Source: Nannocystis bainbridge
Lineage (GTDB): Bacteria; Myxococcota_A; Polyangia; Nannocystales; Nannocystaceae
Reading direction: 5' to 3'
Length of the DNA: 64,000 nt
NCBI RefSeq assembly: GCF_028368995.1
Contig: NZ_JAQNDL010000001.1
Location: 736,001 to 800,000 of the forward strand
Both the position numbers and the translations under genes were made by a program. The notes under the pieces were generated by a model. The model was not told where the DNA came from, ran no database searches, and worked only from the letters and a program-made list of their open reading frames with translations. How positions within the stretch are numbered: position 1 is the first letter of the stretch; each line of letters starts with the position of its first letter. Positions 1 through 9,390 of the stretch are shown piece after piece.

Positions 1-291
1 CCGCATCACCCGTTCGACCATGCGCGCCGCCTGGTGGGCCAGTTGATTGGCGCGGGCCCACAGCGCCGGATCGACCGCCGCGAACGACGTCACGTGGGGC
101 TTCGGCACCACCATCACGTGACCCCAGCGGCGGACGTAGCGGGGCAGCATCACCAGCATCGCCTCGTCCTCGAAGATCGCATGGACCGCCCCGACCTCGC
201 GGCGGACGATCGCGCACATCAGACACTCGGGCGCGCCGCCCTCGGCCTCGATGCGGCGCAGCGCCTCGTCGCGTGAGATCAGCGTCGGCAT
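1..291 (-). CDS. HIT family protein (3'-truncated by window edge)
   Basis: Not in the ORF track. Manual translation from ATG at 291 gives MPTLISRDEALRRIEAEGGAPECLMCAIV...WGHVMVVPKPHV, i.e. the CxxC and GHxxVVPKxH motifs of HIT proteins; frame open to position 1. Confidence 0.75.
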   Translation of the reverse strand, partial: MPTLISRDEALRRIEAEGGAPECLMCAIVRREVGAVHAIFEDEAMLVMLPRYVRRWGHVMVVPKPHVTSFAAVDPALWARANQLAHQAARMVERVMR

Positions 292-425
292 GCCCGGGTG
301 CGCCGCGAGTGTCTCACGGCTGCCGGCCGCGACGCATCACCGGCCCCGCGCATTCCCGGTATGGGCGTGACCTTCGCGGCCGGCCGCCGCGCGCGCCCGC
401 CCGGGGCCCGTGATAGCGTCCTCGC

Positions 426-2540
426 ATGACCCCTCGCTGGCTCGGCCCGCTCGTGCTCCTCGCCTGCGCCCCGCACGAGCACCCGCGCGAGCCGCAGCGC
501 GAATGCGCCGCGGGCATGGTCGTCGTCGAGGGCTCGCTCCAAGGCAGCCCGGCGATCGATCGATTGTGCGTCGACGCCACCGAGGTCACCACCGCTGCCT
601 ACGGCGCCTGCGTGCACGCCGGCGCCTGCACCCCGACCGTCGTCGGCGACGTCGCCGAGTGCAACCTGACCCGCGCCGACCGCGGCGAGCACCCGATCAA
701 CTGCGTCGAATTCGAGCAGGCCCGCGCCTATTGCAGCTGGCTCGGCAAGCGCCTGCCGAGCGACGCCGAATGGGCCCACATCGCCCGCCCGCGGCTCGCC
801 GGCGCCGCCTGGGTTTGGGGCACCGCCGCCATCGACGCCACCCGCGCCTGCATTCACCAGAGCGGCACCTGTCCCGTGGGACAGCATCCGGCCGGCGCCA
901 GCGTCGACGGCGTGCACGACCTCGTCGGCGGCGTCGCCGAATGGGTCGTGCACGGCGAGCGGCTGCGGCTGCGCGGCGGCAGCTGGCGCGCCGCCCCCGG
1001 CCCCCCCTTCAGCGAAGAATCCACCGACTCCATGGCCGCCGCCGACTCCGGCGTGCGCTGCGTCGTCGCCCCGTTCTCCACCGTCACCGCCCCCGACCTC
1101 GAAGCCTGGACCCCGCTCACCGCCGGCCAGGCCGAGCTGCCGGTGCTGGCCGCTCCGTCGCCGCCCTTCGTGCCCCCGCGCCCGCTGGCCAACCTCCAAT
1201 TGCTGCGCGGCGACCCGCAGCGGCACGACCCCGCCCGCTGGTGGCCGGTCGGCGACGACTGGCTGACCGGCTACGACGGCGGCCAGCCCGACGTCCTCGG
1301 TTTGCCCGACGTGCTCGAGCGCGCCAGCCTGCCCGAGGGCCTCCGCGAATTCACCCCGGTGCGCCAGCTCGGCAGCGACCTCCTGCTCATGCGCGGCGGC
1401 TGGGCCAGCAGCCTGCGCTTTGTCGCCGTCGAGCGCAGCGGCTTCAAGATCCGCTGGCAGATCCCGTTCGCCAACTACGGCTCCTCCTTCGAGCAGTTCG
1501 TCGGCCCGCGCACCCTCGTCGCCGAGATCTACGGCCAGCAAGGCGACGCGATCGTCGGCTTCGGCCTGGCCGACGGCCGCGAGCTGTGGCGGATCGCCGG
1601 CGGCGAGCAGGGCCCGTTCGTCCGCGCCAGTCGCGTATGGACCGACGGCGACCGCGGCTATGTCCGCGGCGACCGCGGCCTGCTCGCCTTCGATCTGGTC
1701 ACCGGACAGGTCCTCTGGGACGGCGTCACCCTCGACGACGACTGCGGCGTGGTCGCAGGCGACGGCGTCATGGTCGTCGAGGGCCCGGAGCCCGAGGGCC
1801 ACCGACGCCTCGACGCGGCCACCGGCGCCGAGCTCGGGCGCCTCGAGGGCAGCGGCGGTCGCTGCGTGTGGGGCGTCCACCCGAACGAGGGCGGCGTGGT
1901 GCCGGCTGTCCTCGAGGACAGCCGCCTATTCTCCTTCACGGTCCCCGACGGTCGCGGCATCACAGTCCTGCGGGTCCACGACATCACCAGCGGTCGCGAG
2001 CTGTGGCGCCGCGGCGGCCTCGAGCCGCACGTCCTGGTCGCCGACCGCGAGGCTGTCTACGTCAGGCGGGCGCGCGACCTCCTCATCGGTCTCGAAGCGG
2101 CCACCGGCGCGCCGCAGATCGAGATCTCGCTGGCGGGAGAGTTCGCGCTCAGCCTGCTCGCCGGCGGTGGTCCGCGCGGACCGCTGCTGCTCAGCTTCGG
2201 CGAGGTGGGCAACGATTGGCTGCTCGGCCGCGGCGAACAACCGTCCGCCGCCGAGGCGTACACCGTGCGCGGCCGGCTCGTGCCCGACGGCCTGTCGCGC
2301 AGGAGCGTCGCCGGCGTGCCCGTGCGGGTCGGCGGCGAGCGGACGCGCACCGACGCCGCCGGCCGCTTCACCGTCAAGGGCGTGGCCCGCGGCGCCGTCG
2401 CGGTCGCGCTCGGCAACGACAGGGGCCCCGGCGAGCCCGGCGGGTCGACTGTCCGCTTCGAGCCGGTCACCGTCGTGCTCGCGGGCCGCGGCCCCTACGA
2501 CATCGGCGACGTCCCCCTGTACGCCTGGTACACCGAATGA
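426..2540 (+). CDS. Lipoprotein with FGE-sulfatase (SUMF1-like) domain, PQQ-like beta-propeller and C-terminal carboxypeptidase-regulatory-like domain
   Basis: LLAC lipobox; TEVT..Y, HPINCV, KRLPSDAEW, DLVGGVAEW and RGGSW FGE motifs; repeated D..TG..LW propeller motifs; RTDAAGRF. Confidence 0.8.
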   Translation: MTPRWLGPLVLLACAPHEHPREPQRECAAGMVVVEGSLQGSPAIDRLCVDATEVTTAAYGACVHAGACTPTVVGDVAECNLTRADRGEHPINCVEFEQARAYCSWLGKRLPSDAEWAHIARPRLAGAAWVWGTAAIDATRACIHQSGTCPVGQHPAGASVDGVHDLVGGVAEWVVHGERLRLRGGSWRAAPGPPFSEESTDSMAAADSGVRCVVAPFSTVTAPDLEAWTPLTAGQAELPVLAAPSPPFVPPRPLANLQLLRGDPQRHDPARWWPVGDDWLTGYDGGQPDVLGLPDVLERASLPEGLREFTPVRQLGSDLLLMRGGWASSLRFVAVERSGFKIRWQIPFANYGSSFEQFVGPRTLVAEIYGQQGDAIVGFGLADGRELWRIAGGEQGPFVRASRVWTDGDRGYVRGDRGLLAFDLVTGQVLWDGVTLDDDCGVVAGDGVMVVEGPEPEGHRRLDAATGAELGRLEGSGGRCVWGVHPNEGGVVPAVLEDSRLFSFTVPDGRGITVLRVHDITSGRELWRRGGLEPHVLVADREAVYVRRARDLLIGLEAATGAPQIEISLAGEFALSLLAGGGPRGPLLLSFGEVGNDWLLGRGEQPSAAEAYTVRGRLVPDGLSRRSVAGVPVRVGGERTRTDAAGRFTVKGVARGAVAVALGNDRGPGEPGGSTVRFEPVTVVLAGRGPYDIGDVPLYAWYTE

Positions 2541-2615
2541 GCGCGCGTTCGCTCATGTCGCGGCTTCGCCGGCAGATTCGCCGTCAGGGCCCGGTATGAT
2601 ACAGGAGGTGCTGCA

Positions 2616-3635
2616 ATGGTCGACGCGCAACGACAGGACGGTCAGGACGCCGCGAGGCAGCGGCACGACGCGGTGCTCCTGCGCGTGGCCGAGACCGCAG
2701 CGATCGACGCCGGCGACCTCGACCGTGCGCTCGCGGTCCTGACCGAAGCCGCCGCCGAGGGCCTGCAGCTGGAGCGCGCCTCGGTATGGGTCTACACCCC
2801 CGACCAGGCCGCGATCGAATGCCTCGACCTCTACCAGCGCGGCGCCGGTGAGCACGACACCGCGCCGACCCTGCTGGCCGCGGCCGAGTTCCCGGCCTAC
2901 TTCCAGGCCCTGGCCGCCGCCCGCACCCTCGTCGCCGCCGACGCCCGCACCGACCCGGCCACCCGCGAGCTCGCCGACACCTACCTCGCCCCGCACGGCA
3001 TCGGCGCCGCGCTCGAGGCCCCGATCCGCCGCCGCGGCCGCCTCGCCGGCGTCCTCTGCAACGAGCACGTCGGCCCCGCGCGCCCGTTCTCGCGCGACGA
3101 GCAGGCGTTCGCCGCCGCGATCGCCGACAACGTCGCCCGGGCCCTCGACGCCGCCGACCGCCGCCGCGTCGAAGACGGCCTGGCCCACGCCAAGGCCGCG
3201 CTCGAACAGCTCGACCGCGAGAACCGGGCCCTCATCACCCGCCTGCGCCGCAGCGTCGAGCGATTGTCCACACCTGTGCTCGAGGTCTGGAGCGACGTGC
3301 TGGCCCTGCCGATCATCGGCATCCTCGGCGAGGAGCGCAGCGCCCAGATGACCGAGCGCCTGCTCGGCGAGCTGGCGCGCACGCGGGCCAGACACGTCAT
3401 CCTCGACCTCACCGGCCTCGACGACTGCGACGAGCAGACCGCCGCCGCCATCGGCGTCATGGCCCGCGCCGTCCGCCTGCTCGGCGCCGAGTGCGTCCTC
3501 TGCGGCGTCCGCCCCGACCTCGCCCGCGCCTTCGTCGACCTCGACCTCGACCTCCGCGGCCTGCAGATCCTCCGCGACATGCGCCACGCCCTGCAGGACG
3601 TCGTCACCCGCCGCGCCCACGCCCGGACCCGCTGA
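2616..3635 (+). CDS. GAF + STAS domain protein (RsbR-like)
   Basis: GAF (ERASVW, LEAPI, GVLCNEHVG) followed by LSTPVLEVW..VLALPIIG and VILDLTG STAS signature; GGAGG Shine-Dalgarno upstream. Confidence 0.9.
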   Translation: MVDAQRQDGQDAARQRHDAVLLRVAETAAIDAGDLDRALAVLTEAAAEGLQLERASVWVYTPDQAAIECLDLYQRGAGEHDTAPTLLAAAEFPAYFQALAAARTLVAADARTDPATRELADTYLAPHGIGAALEAPIRRRGRLAGVLCNEHVGPARPFSRDEQAFAAAIADNVARALDAADRRRVEDGLAHAKAALEQLDRENRALITRLRRSVERLSTPVLEVWSDVLALPIIGILGEERSAQMTERLLGELARTRARHVILDLTGLDDCDEQTAAAIGVMARAVRLLGAECVLCGVRPDLARAFVDLDLDLRGLQILRDMRHALQDVVTRRAHARTR

Positions 3636-3646
3636 GCTGGCCCATC

Positions 3647-3745
3647 GGGCATGTCCGACGAGACATGTCGTAGGGGACAGGAGACCGCCGACTCGACATG
3701 GCCCTCAGAGCATGTCTCTCGAGACATGTCCTGCGGGACACTGGC
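3647..3745. repeat. 14-bp-phased RRRCATGYYY array (copy 1)
   Basis: Cores at 3650, 3664, 3678(CAGG), 3697, 3711, 3725, 3739(CACT); one 19-bp step; between convergent stops 3635 and 3758. Confidence 0.9.
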
Positions 3746-3757
3746 CCGCCGGCCCGC

Positions 3758-4270
3758 TCAATCCTGCCAGTAGCAATAGCCCGACTGGCACTGCATCCCG
3801 TCCGGGCAGATCTGCCCGCCCGCGCAGTAGAGGGCGCAGCCGTTGGCGCCGCTGCCGAGGATCGCCGCGCACACCGGCACGGAGGTCCCGGTCGCCGGCG
3901 GGGCGAAGCAGTCGCACACGTCGACGCAGTCGCGGATCCCACACACGCTGAGGCCGCCGCTGGTGGGCGCCAGGCACAGCAATTGGCCAGTCGCCCCGCT
4001 CTCCTGCCATTCGCAGCCGGACAGGTCGCCGGGCTGACACTGCCCCCAATCCCCGATCGCGTGGGCGGCACAGCCGTCGTCGACCGTGGTGTTCTGCCCG
4101 GCCGTGCTCGTGGTGCCCGTGGTCGTCAGCTCGGCGCTCGTGTCCGTGGCCGTCGTCGTCGTCGTCGTCGTGCTCGTCCCGGCCGCCGTGTCGGTGGTCC
4201 CCCCGATCTGGCCCTGACAGGCGAACGACAGCGAGAGCAGGAGCGTGGCGGCGCGGCGCGAGGCGAGCAT
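3758..4270 (-). CDS. Cys-rich lipoprotein with Thr-rich linker
   Basis: MLASRRAATLLLSLSFAC lipobox, Thr-rich linker, Cys-rich C-terminus; start trimmed from ORF 3758..4708. Confidence 0.75.
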   Translation of the reverse strand: MLASRRAATLLLSLSFACQGQIGGTTDTAAGTSTTTTTTTATDTSAELTTTGTTSTAGQNTTVDDGCAAHAIGDWGQCQPGDLSGCEWQESGATGQLLCLAPTSGGLSVCGIRDCVDVCDCFAPPATGTSVPVCAAILGSGANGCALYCAGGQICPDGMQCQSGYCYWQD

Positions 4271-4475
4271 CGCCGCGATCCTACCCGGACTCGCCGCCGC
4301 CGACGCCGGACCCGCCACCGACCGCGAAGCGCCCGTGCTCGCCGCGCGCCGGCCCCCTGTCGCCGCGATCACACGCCCCGCGAACGACCGTACGCGCCCG
4401 CAGACCGCCCGCCTCGCGCGCGATCGCCCGTAGCCGCCCGCCCGCGCGCCGGTGGAGCCGCGGCGCCCGTCGCCC

Positions 4476-4841
4476 ATGACTGCGCCGGTGAACCACTCCG
4501 CCCGCACCCTCGCCCTCCTCCTCGCCCTCGCGGCCCCCGAGCGCGCGCGCGCCGGCGACGACGAGGACGACGGGTACCTGGCCGGCAACAACCACGGCCG
4601 CATCGACCTCATCCACCTCGACAGCGCCGTCCAGGGCCGCGGCCCGTGCGTGCAGATGAAGCCGTCGATCCCCGGCAAGTCGGCGTGGGCCTGCCTGTGG
4701 CGCAACACCCCCCTCTACGTCGAGCTGCGCGAGCTGCTGCAGGCCGCCTTCATCACCGGCAAGCGCTGCATCGTCTACTGGAGCGGCGTCGACCCCCGGG
4801 GCCACAAGACCATCGACCGCGTCGAGTGCTGGCGCACCTGA
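4476..4841 (+). CDS. Small secreted hypothetical protein
   Basis: Signal-like LALLLALAAPERARA, four Cys, GC3-rich codons. Confidence 0.6.
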   Translation: MTAPVNHSARTLALLLALAAPERARAGDDEDDGYLAGNNHGRIDLIHLDSAVQGRGPCVQMKPSIPGKSAWACLWRNTPLYVELRELLQAAFITGKRCIVYWSGVDPRGHKTIDRVECWRT

Positions 4842-4866
4842 GACGGCGCGACCTGGCAGGCCTTTC

Positions 4867-4890
4867 GGACATGACCATGAGACCATGCTT
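4867..4890. repeat. 14-bp-phased CATG array (copy 2, two units)
   Basis: GGACATGACC-ATGA-GACCATGCTT; cores at 4870 and 4884, just 3' of the stop at 4841. Confidence 0.55.
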
Positions 4891-4904
4891 CAAACGCTGT
4901 GTAC

Positions 4905-5076
4905 GAGAGCCCGAGGACGGCCATCTCGGAGTGGATCGAAGTGTTCTATAATCGCCCGCGTCGCGACTCGTCGATCGGCGACTCGACCCCGATCGCCTAC
5001 GAGGAGAACTTCTACGCCGAGCAGGCGCAGACTCAAGCGGCATAAGCAAGGTGTCCACCTTTTCGGGGCAATCCCT
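4905..5076 (+). mobile_element. IS3-family remnant: transposase C-terminus plus right terminal inverted repeat
   Basis: Frame reads ESPRTAISEWIEVFYNRPRRDSSIGDSTPIAYEE...* (TAA at 5043), matching the IS3 OrfB end (IEvfYNrxRrHSslgy.sP..fE); followed by GTGTCCACCTTTTCGGGGCAATCCC, an IS3-type IRR. Confidence 0.8.
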
Positions 5077-5100
5077 CTCGCAAGCAGAGGTCGCTAGGGA

Positions 5101-5412
5101 TCACTCGGGCGAACGGTTGCCGCTCGGTCCAGGCGGAAGCTCGGCCCGCCCTGTTGCCAGCGCACGGCGCCGGCGGACGACGAGGGCACGCAGGCCCCGC
5201 TCGACGACACCGAACCCGAGAACGGGCCCGAGCAACGCGGCGATGAACGCGGCTGGCAGCTCGAAGCCGGCGTAGAGCACGATCCAGCCGAGGGCGACGG
5301 AGAATGCGCCAATCGCCGCGCCGAGGAACGAGCAAAACAGCGGCCAGTCCCACTTGAGCGCGCGCCAGAACCACCAGGTGGGCAGGAACCCGAGACGCTG
5401 TGGATGCGTCAT
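5101..5412 (-). CDS. Small membrane protein
   Basis: MTHPQRLGFLPTWWFW... followed by two hydrophobic segments; 3' part of ORF 5101..6165. Confidence 0.5.
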   Translation of the reverse strand: MTHPQRLGFLPTWWFWRALKWDWPLFCSFLGAAIGAFSVALGWIVLYAGFELPAAFIAALLGPVLGFGVVERGLRALVVRRRRALATGRAELPPGPSGNRSPE

Positions 5413-5471
5413 CAGACGGCGCTGCGCGTCGCGCTGGCTCGGGAAACTCGCGGGAACTAGCACGCCCACGG

Positions 5472-5987
5472 TCACCCCTCCGTCCAACCCGGCTCGCAGG
5501 TCTCGGGCTCGCTCTCGCATGCCTTCTCGACCAGCCAGCCGCACCCGACGGCGAGGGCCGCCGAGACGGCGCACGTGAACGCCGCCGCGGGCGGGATGCA
5601 CCCGAGCACGCCGATGAACGCGCATTTCGCTTGTTCCTCCGCCTTGCCGCGCGTCGCTCCGCAGGCGTCGGCGGGCGCCCCTACGTCCGCCTCGAACACC
5701 CGGACCTGAAGCACGGCGAAGGCCGCGAGCATTTCGACCGCGCGGGGCGACGTGTCGGCAAGCAGCTCGACGCCCGCCGGCGTCGCCTGGGGGCCGTCGT
5801 CCGAGCCCGTGAAGAGCAGGACGCCGTCGGCGACGTACTCGGTAAGCAGGCCAGCGCCTTGCTTGGTGGTTCGGAGCTCGAGCTGAACCGCCGCCCGTCC
5901 CCGGTAGCGAGTCGCGGAGCGGACCCGTCGAACGCCGGTCGTTGCGTCGCAAACGTCCGAGACAGGCGCGAGAGACTGCGCCAGCAA
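5472..5987 (-). CDS. Hypothetical protein with Cys-rich hydrophobic C-terminus (start uncertain)
   Basis: ORF track 171 aa; C-terminal KCAFIGVLGC...TC...GCGWLVEKAC...TC. Confidence 0.45.
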   Translation of the reverse strand: MLAQSLAPVSDVCDATTGVRRVRSATRYRGRAAVQLELRTTKQGAGLLTEYVADGVLLFTGSDDGPQATPAGVELLADTSPRAVEMLAAFAVLQVRVFEADVGAPADACGATRGKAEEQAKCAFIGVLGCIPPAAAFTCAVSAALAVGCGWLVEKACESEPETCEPGWTEG

Positions 5988-6306
5988 CCGCTGGGCTCCG
6001 GCTGCGTGGACCAGAGCGGCGTCGGTGGCGGCGAGGAAGTTTGAAAGGATGAGAGTGACAGTTCACGAGCTCGCCTCGCAAATCTGACAGCCACGGGTGA
6101 ACGCATCTCGTGTCCTTCACTGGCGACGAAAGCGAGGAAGCGAGTGCTCCGGTTCGCGTGCGCAACGAATTATGGTCCTGGAGATCTGGGGGAAACGCGA
6201 CGGGTCCGCGCGACAGAGGCCGATCTGGGGGGCTGGAATGAGCACGCAGGACGGGCGTTCGGCACCGAAGTGCGGGACAGCGCGGTGCCCCGAGTATCCT
6301 TGTCGC

Positions 6307-7093
6307 ATGCGCCGCCTCGCGCTCGCCGTCGCCGTCGCCGCCCTCGCCTGCGGCACCAACACGTCGCCGGGGTTCTCGACGGGGCCGGGTATGACGTCCG
6401 TGACGACGCCGGGCACGTCGACCTCGACCTCGTCCACCAGCTCCGCGGGCTCGTCTTCGACCTCCACGTCCGGCGGCGCCGAGCCCGAGGCTTCGACCGG
6501 CACATCATCAGCGTGAACACGGACGAAAAGTGGCGCGGCCTACACTGCGAAGCGGCCGAAAACTGCGGGAACAAGGGCAACTGCGGCCCAAACGCCATGG
6601 ACTACGTCTGCGGCTCGCACGCCGACACCGTGTTCAAGTGCGACCGGACCCGCGGCGCCGGCCTGCTCTACAACGCCGGCCCCTACGCCACCAACCACGT
6701 GTGCGAGCTCTACGGGGGCAACCGCTACATCATCGAGGGCGAGACCGGCCCGGACGCGTTCGCCTGCATCGCCCAGGTGGGCACCTTCGGCGACGATCCG
6801 CCGCTCGCCGACACCCTCGTCGCCGCGGTGTCCGACGAGCTCAACGGCCCGGGCGGCTGCAACGAGGGGTTCTTGCGCGACGACGCGCTGCTCGTGTTCG
6901 TCTTCATCATGGACAACGAGGACGACGAGTCGGCGTCGGCTTCGCCGTCCCGATCGGCGCCGGCATCCAGGGCATGATCGGCGACCACTTCCTGCTCGGC
7001 TTCGAGCCGCGCGCGGTGTTCGACATGTTCTTCGGCGGCCGCGGCGTCGCCTCCTCGTTCGACGCCCGCGTCACCCTCGGCGCCAAGTTCTGA
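6307..7093 (+). pseudogene. Chimeric pseudogene: lipoprotein N-terminus, vWA-like lipoprotein core fragment and outer-membrane beta-barrel C-terminus in three frames
   Basis: Frame 1 MRRLALAVAVAALAC + Thr/Ser linker stops at 6516; frame 2 carries F.CIAQVG...NGPGGCNEGFLRDDALLVFVFI; frame 3 ends VGVGFAVPIGAGIQ...FDARVTLGAKF* at 7093. Confidence 0.65.
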
Positions 7094-7116
7094 GCCGGCT
7101 CGCGGGGAGGCGCCGA

Positions 7117-7182
7117 TCACATGCCCTCGGAGACATGCCCGTTCGAACATGCTCCAATCGACATGTCCGATACGACATGTCC
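7117..7182. repeat. 14-bp-phased RRRCATGYYY array (copy 3)
   Basis: CATG at 7120, 7134, 7148, 7162, 7176; just 3' of the stop at 7093. Confidence 0.92.
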
Positions 7183-7485
7183 CATGAGCCTCCCTGACCA
7201 CTCGGCAGCGATCCCACCGCGGCCCGCCTCGCCGTCTCGGGCCGATCCCCCGCCGCGGACGTCGTCGCCCGTGCCGCCCCCGCGACGATCTCGCGGACTC
7301 GCCGTCGGCGCCGCTGCCCGCCGCGGCGACACGATCACTACCGCCGCCAGCCGCCGCGGATCGCGGAGTCCCCGAAGCGAGCCGCCGCGGACGGACCTTC
7401 GCGTCTCTGGCCGCCGCGCCTCCGCGGCGCGAGAACGCACGTACCACCGGCGACGCCCTCCGCTATCCTCCCCTCGCTCGCGTCC

Positions 7486-9297
7486 ATGTCCCAAGCAAGC
7501 TCCGCCCCGTCGCATCCCCCGCGTTATGACATCGTGATCGGCGGGGGCGGCCTCGCCGGTCAGGCCCTCGCCCGTCAGCTCCGCCGCGAGGTCCCCGAGG
7601 CCACCGTCGCCGTCGTCGAGCGCCAGCGCCGGCCGCTGCCCGTCGCCGCCCACAAGGTCGGCGAGTCGTCGGTCGAGCTGTCCTCGCACTACTTCAGCGT
7701 CATCCTCGGCCTCGACGAGTACCTGCGGGCCAAGCACTACCTCAAGAACGGCCTGCGCTTCTACCCCGGCGGCGGCCACACCCACGCGCTCGAGGACCGC
7801 ACCGAGATCGGCCCGCCCGAGCGGGCCACGGTGCCCTCCTTCCAGCTCGATCGCGGCCGCCTCGAACAGGACCTTCGGGACATGAACGAAGAGGCAGGCG
7901 TCACCTTGATCGAGGGCTGCGTCGTCAGGGACGTCACCCTCGCCGAGGACGACGGCGACCACCTCGTCCACGTCGAGGCCCACGGCGGCGGCGAGCCGCG
8001 GACCTTGCGGGCCGGGTGGTTCGTCGACGCCACCGGTCGCCGCGGCCTGCTGCGGGCCAAGCTCGGCCTCACCCGCCCGAGCGGCCACCTCGCCAACGCC
8101 GCCTGGTGGCGCGTCGCCGGCCGCGTCGACGTCGCCGACCTCGTGCCCGCCAGCGCGACCACCTGGCACGGGCGCGACCCCGAGCACATCCGCTGGTACT
8201 CGACCGTCCACTTCATGGGCCCCGGCTACTGGCTCTGGTACATCCCGCTGGCCCCGGGCGACGACGGCCAGGCCCACACCTCGATCGGCATCGTCGTCCA
8301 CGACGAGCTGCACCCGTTCGACACCATCCGCACCCGCGAGCGCTCGCTCGCCTGGGTCGAGAAGCACGAGCCCCTCTGCTTCGCCCAGATCAAGGACCTG
8401 CCGATGGTCGATTTCCTGACCCTCAAGCACTACAGCCACGCGACCGAGCGCATGTACTCGCCGCAGCGCTGGTCGCTGATCGGCGACGCCGGGGCCTTCA
8501 CCGACCCCTTCTATTCGCCGGGCTCCGACTTCATCGCCCTCGCCGCCAGCTTCACCGTCGAGATCGTCAAGGCCCGGCTGCGCGGCGGCGACTTCGCCGA
8601 GGCCGCCGAGCGCTTCAATCGCCTCTACCTGCTGTTCTTCGACACCACCTGCGAGCTCTACCGCAAGGCCGCCCCCGTCTACGGCAGCCCGCGCGTGCTG
8701 CCGGCCAAGGTCTACTGGGACGACTTCGTCTACTGGTCGTTCGTCTGCCAGTACTTCTTCCGCGGCCTCTACAAGCTGCCGGGCGACCAGCAGGCGCGCT
8801 TCGAGCAGCTCGGCCTCGAGTTCGCCGCCCTGCAGTTCCGCGCCCAGAAGCTGCTGAGCGAGTGGGCTCGCCGCGCCGACAACACCCCGCGGCCCGTCAG
8901 CGTCGACCTGCCCGTCATCCCCTCGATGCTCGCCACCCTCTACCTCGACCTCGTGCGCGACATGAGCCCCGACGAGGTCTTCGCGTACATGCAAGACAAG
9001 CTGGTCCAGGCCGGCGAGATCCTCGGCGAGCTGGCCCTGCGCGCCCTCGCCGACCTCGCCCCCGGCGCGCGCGACGAGCTGACCCGCGCCGTCGACCTCC
9101 CGAGCTGGCCCCGCCGCCCCCCCGCCGACCGCATCGCCAACGAGGCCGAAGTCGGCGGCAAACGCCGCCGCGCCCTCCTCCCGGTCATCCGCGACATGGA
9201 GCGCACCCTCGGCCGCCTCACCGGTGACCACGACGCCGCCACCCTCGAGGCCCTGGTCGCCCACGCCTTCGCCCCGCCGGCGCAGGCCGCAGGCTGA
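7486..9297 (+). CDS. Flavin-dependent halogenase family protein
   Basis: GGGLAG FAD motif, HKVGES, FVDATGR, WLWYIP (WxWxIP halogenase motif), GDAGAFTDPFYSPG. Confidence 0.85.
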   Translation: MSQASSAPSHPPRYDIVIGGGGLAGQALARQLRREVPEATVAVVERQRRPLPVAAHKVGESSVELSSHYFSVILGLDEYLRAKHYLKNGLRFYPGGGHTHALEDRTEIGPPERATVPSFQLDRGRLEQDLRDMNEEAGVTLIEGCVVRDVTLAEDDGDHLVHVEAHGGGEPRTLRAGWFVDATGRRGLLRAKLGLTRPSGHLANAAWWRVAGRVDVADLVPASATTWHGRDPEHIRWYSTVHFMGPGYWLWYIPLAPGDDGQAHTSIGIVVHDELHPFDTIRTRERSLAWVEKHEPLCFAQIKDLPMVDFLTLKHYSHATERMYSPQRWSLIGDAGAFTDPFYSPGSDFIALAASFTVEIVKARLRGGDFAEAAERFNRLYLLFFDTTCELYRKAAPVYGSPRVLPAKVYWDDFVYWSFVCQYFFRGLYKLPGDQQARFEQLGLEFAALQFRAQKLLSEWARRADNTPRPVSVDLPVIPSMLATLYLDLVRDMSPDEVFAYMQDKLVQAGEILGELALRALADLAPGARDELTRAVDLPSWPRRPPADRIANEAEVGGKRRRALLPVIRDMERTLGRLTGDHDAATLEALVAHAFAPPAQAAG

Positions 9298-9388
9298 CTT
9301 GTCCAAAGGGACATGTCTCGATGGACATGTCCTTCACCACAGGTCCATCAGGACATGCCCCCATGTGCATGTCCCCAGAGACACGACC
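9295..9388. repeat. 14-bp-phased RRRCATGYYY array (copy 4)
   Basis: Cores at 9298(CTTG), 9312, 9326, 9340(CAGG), 9354, 9368, 9382(CACG); fills the gap between convergent stops 9297 and 9391. Confidence 0.92.
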
Positions 9389-9390
9389 GC

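Noticed and set aside
865-890. CCTGTCCCGTGGGACAGC resembling an array dimer (similar weak cases at ~14861 and ~30989)
   Set aside because: Explained by conserved protein sequence (TCPVG in the FGE domain) or too degenerate to distinguish from chance.
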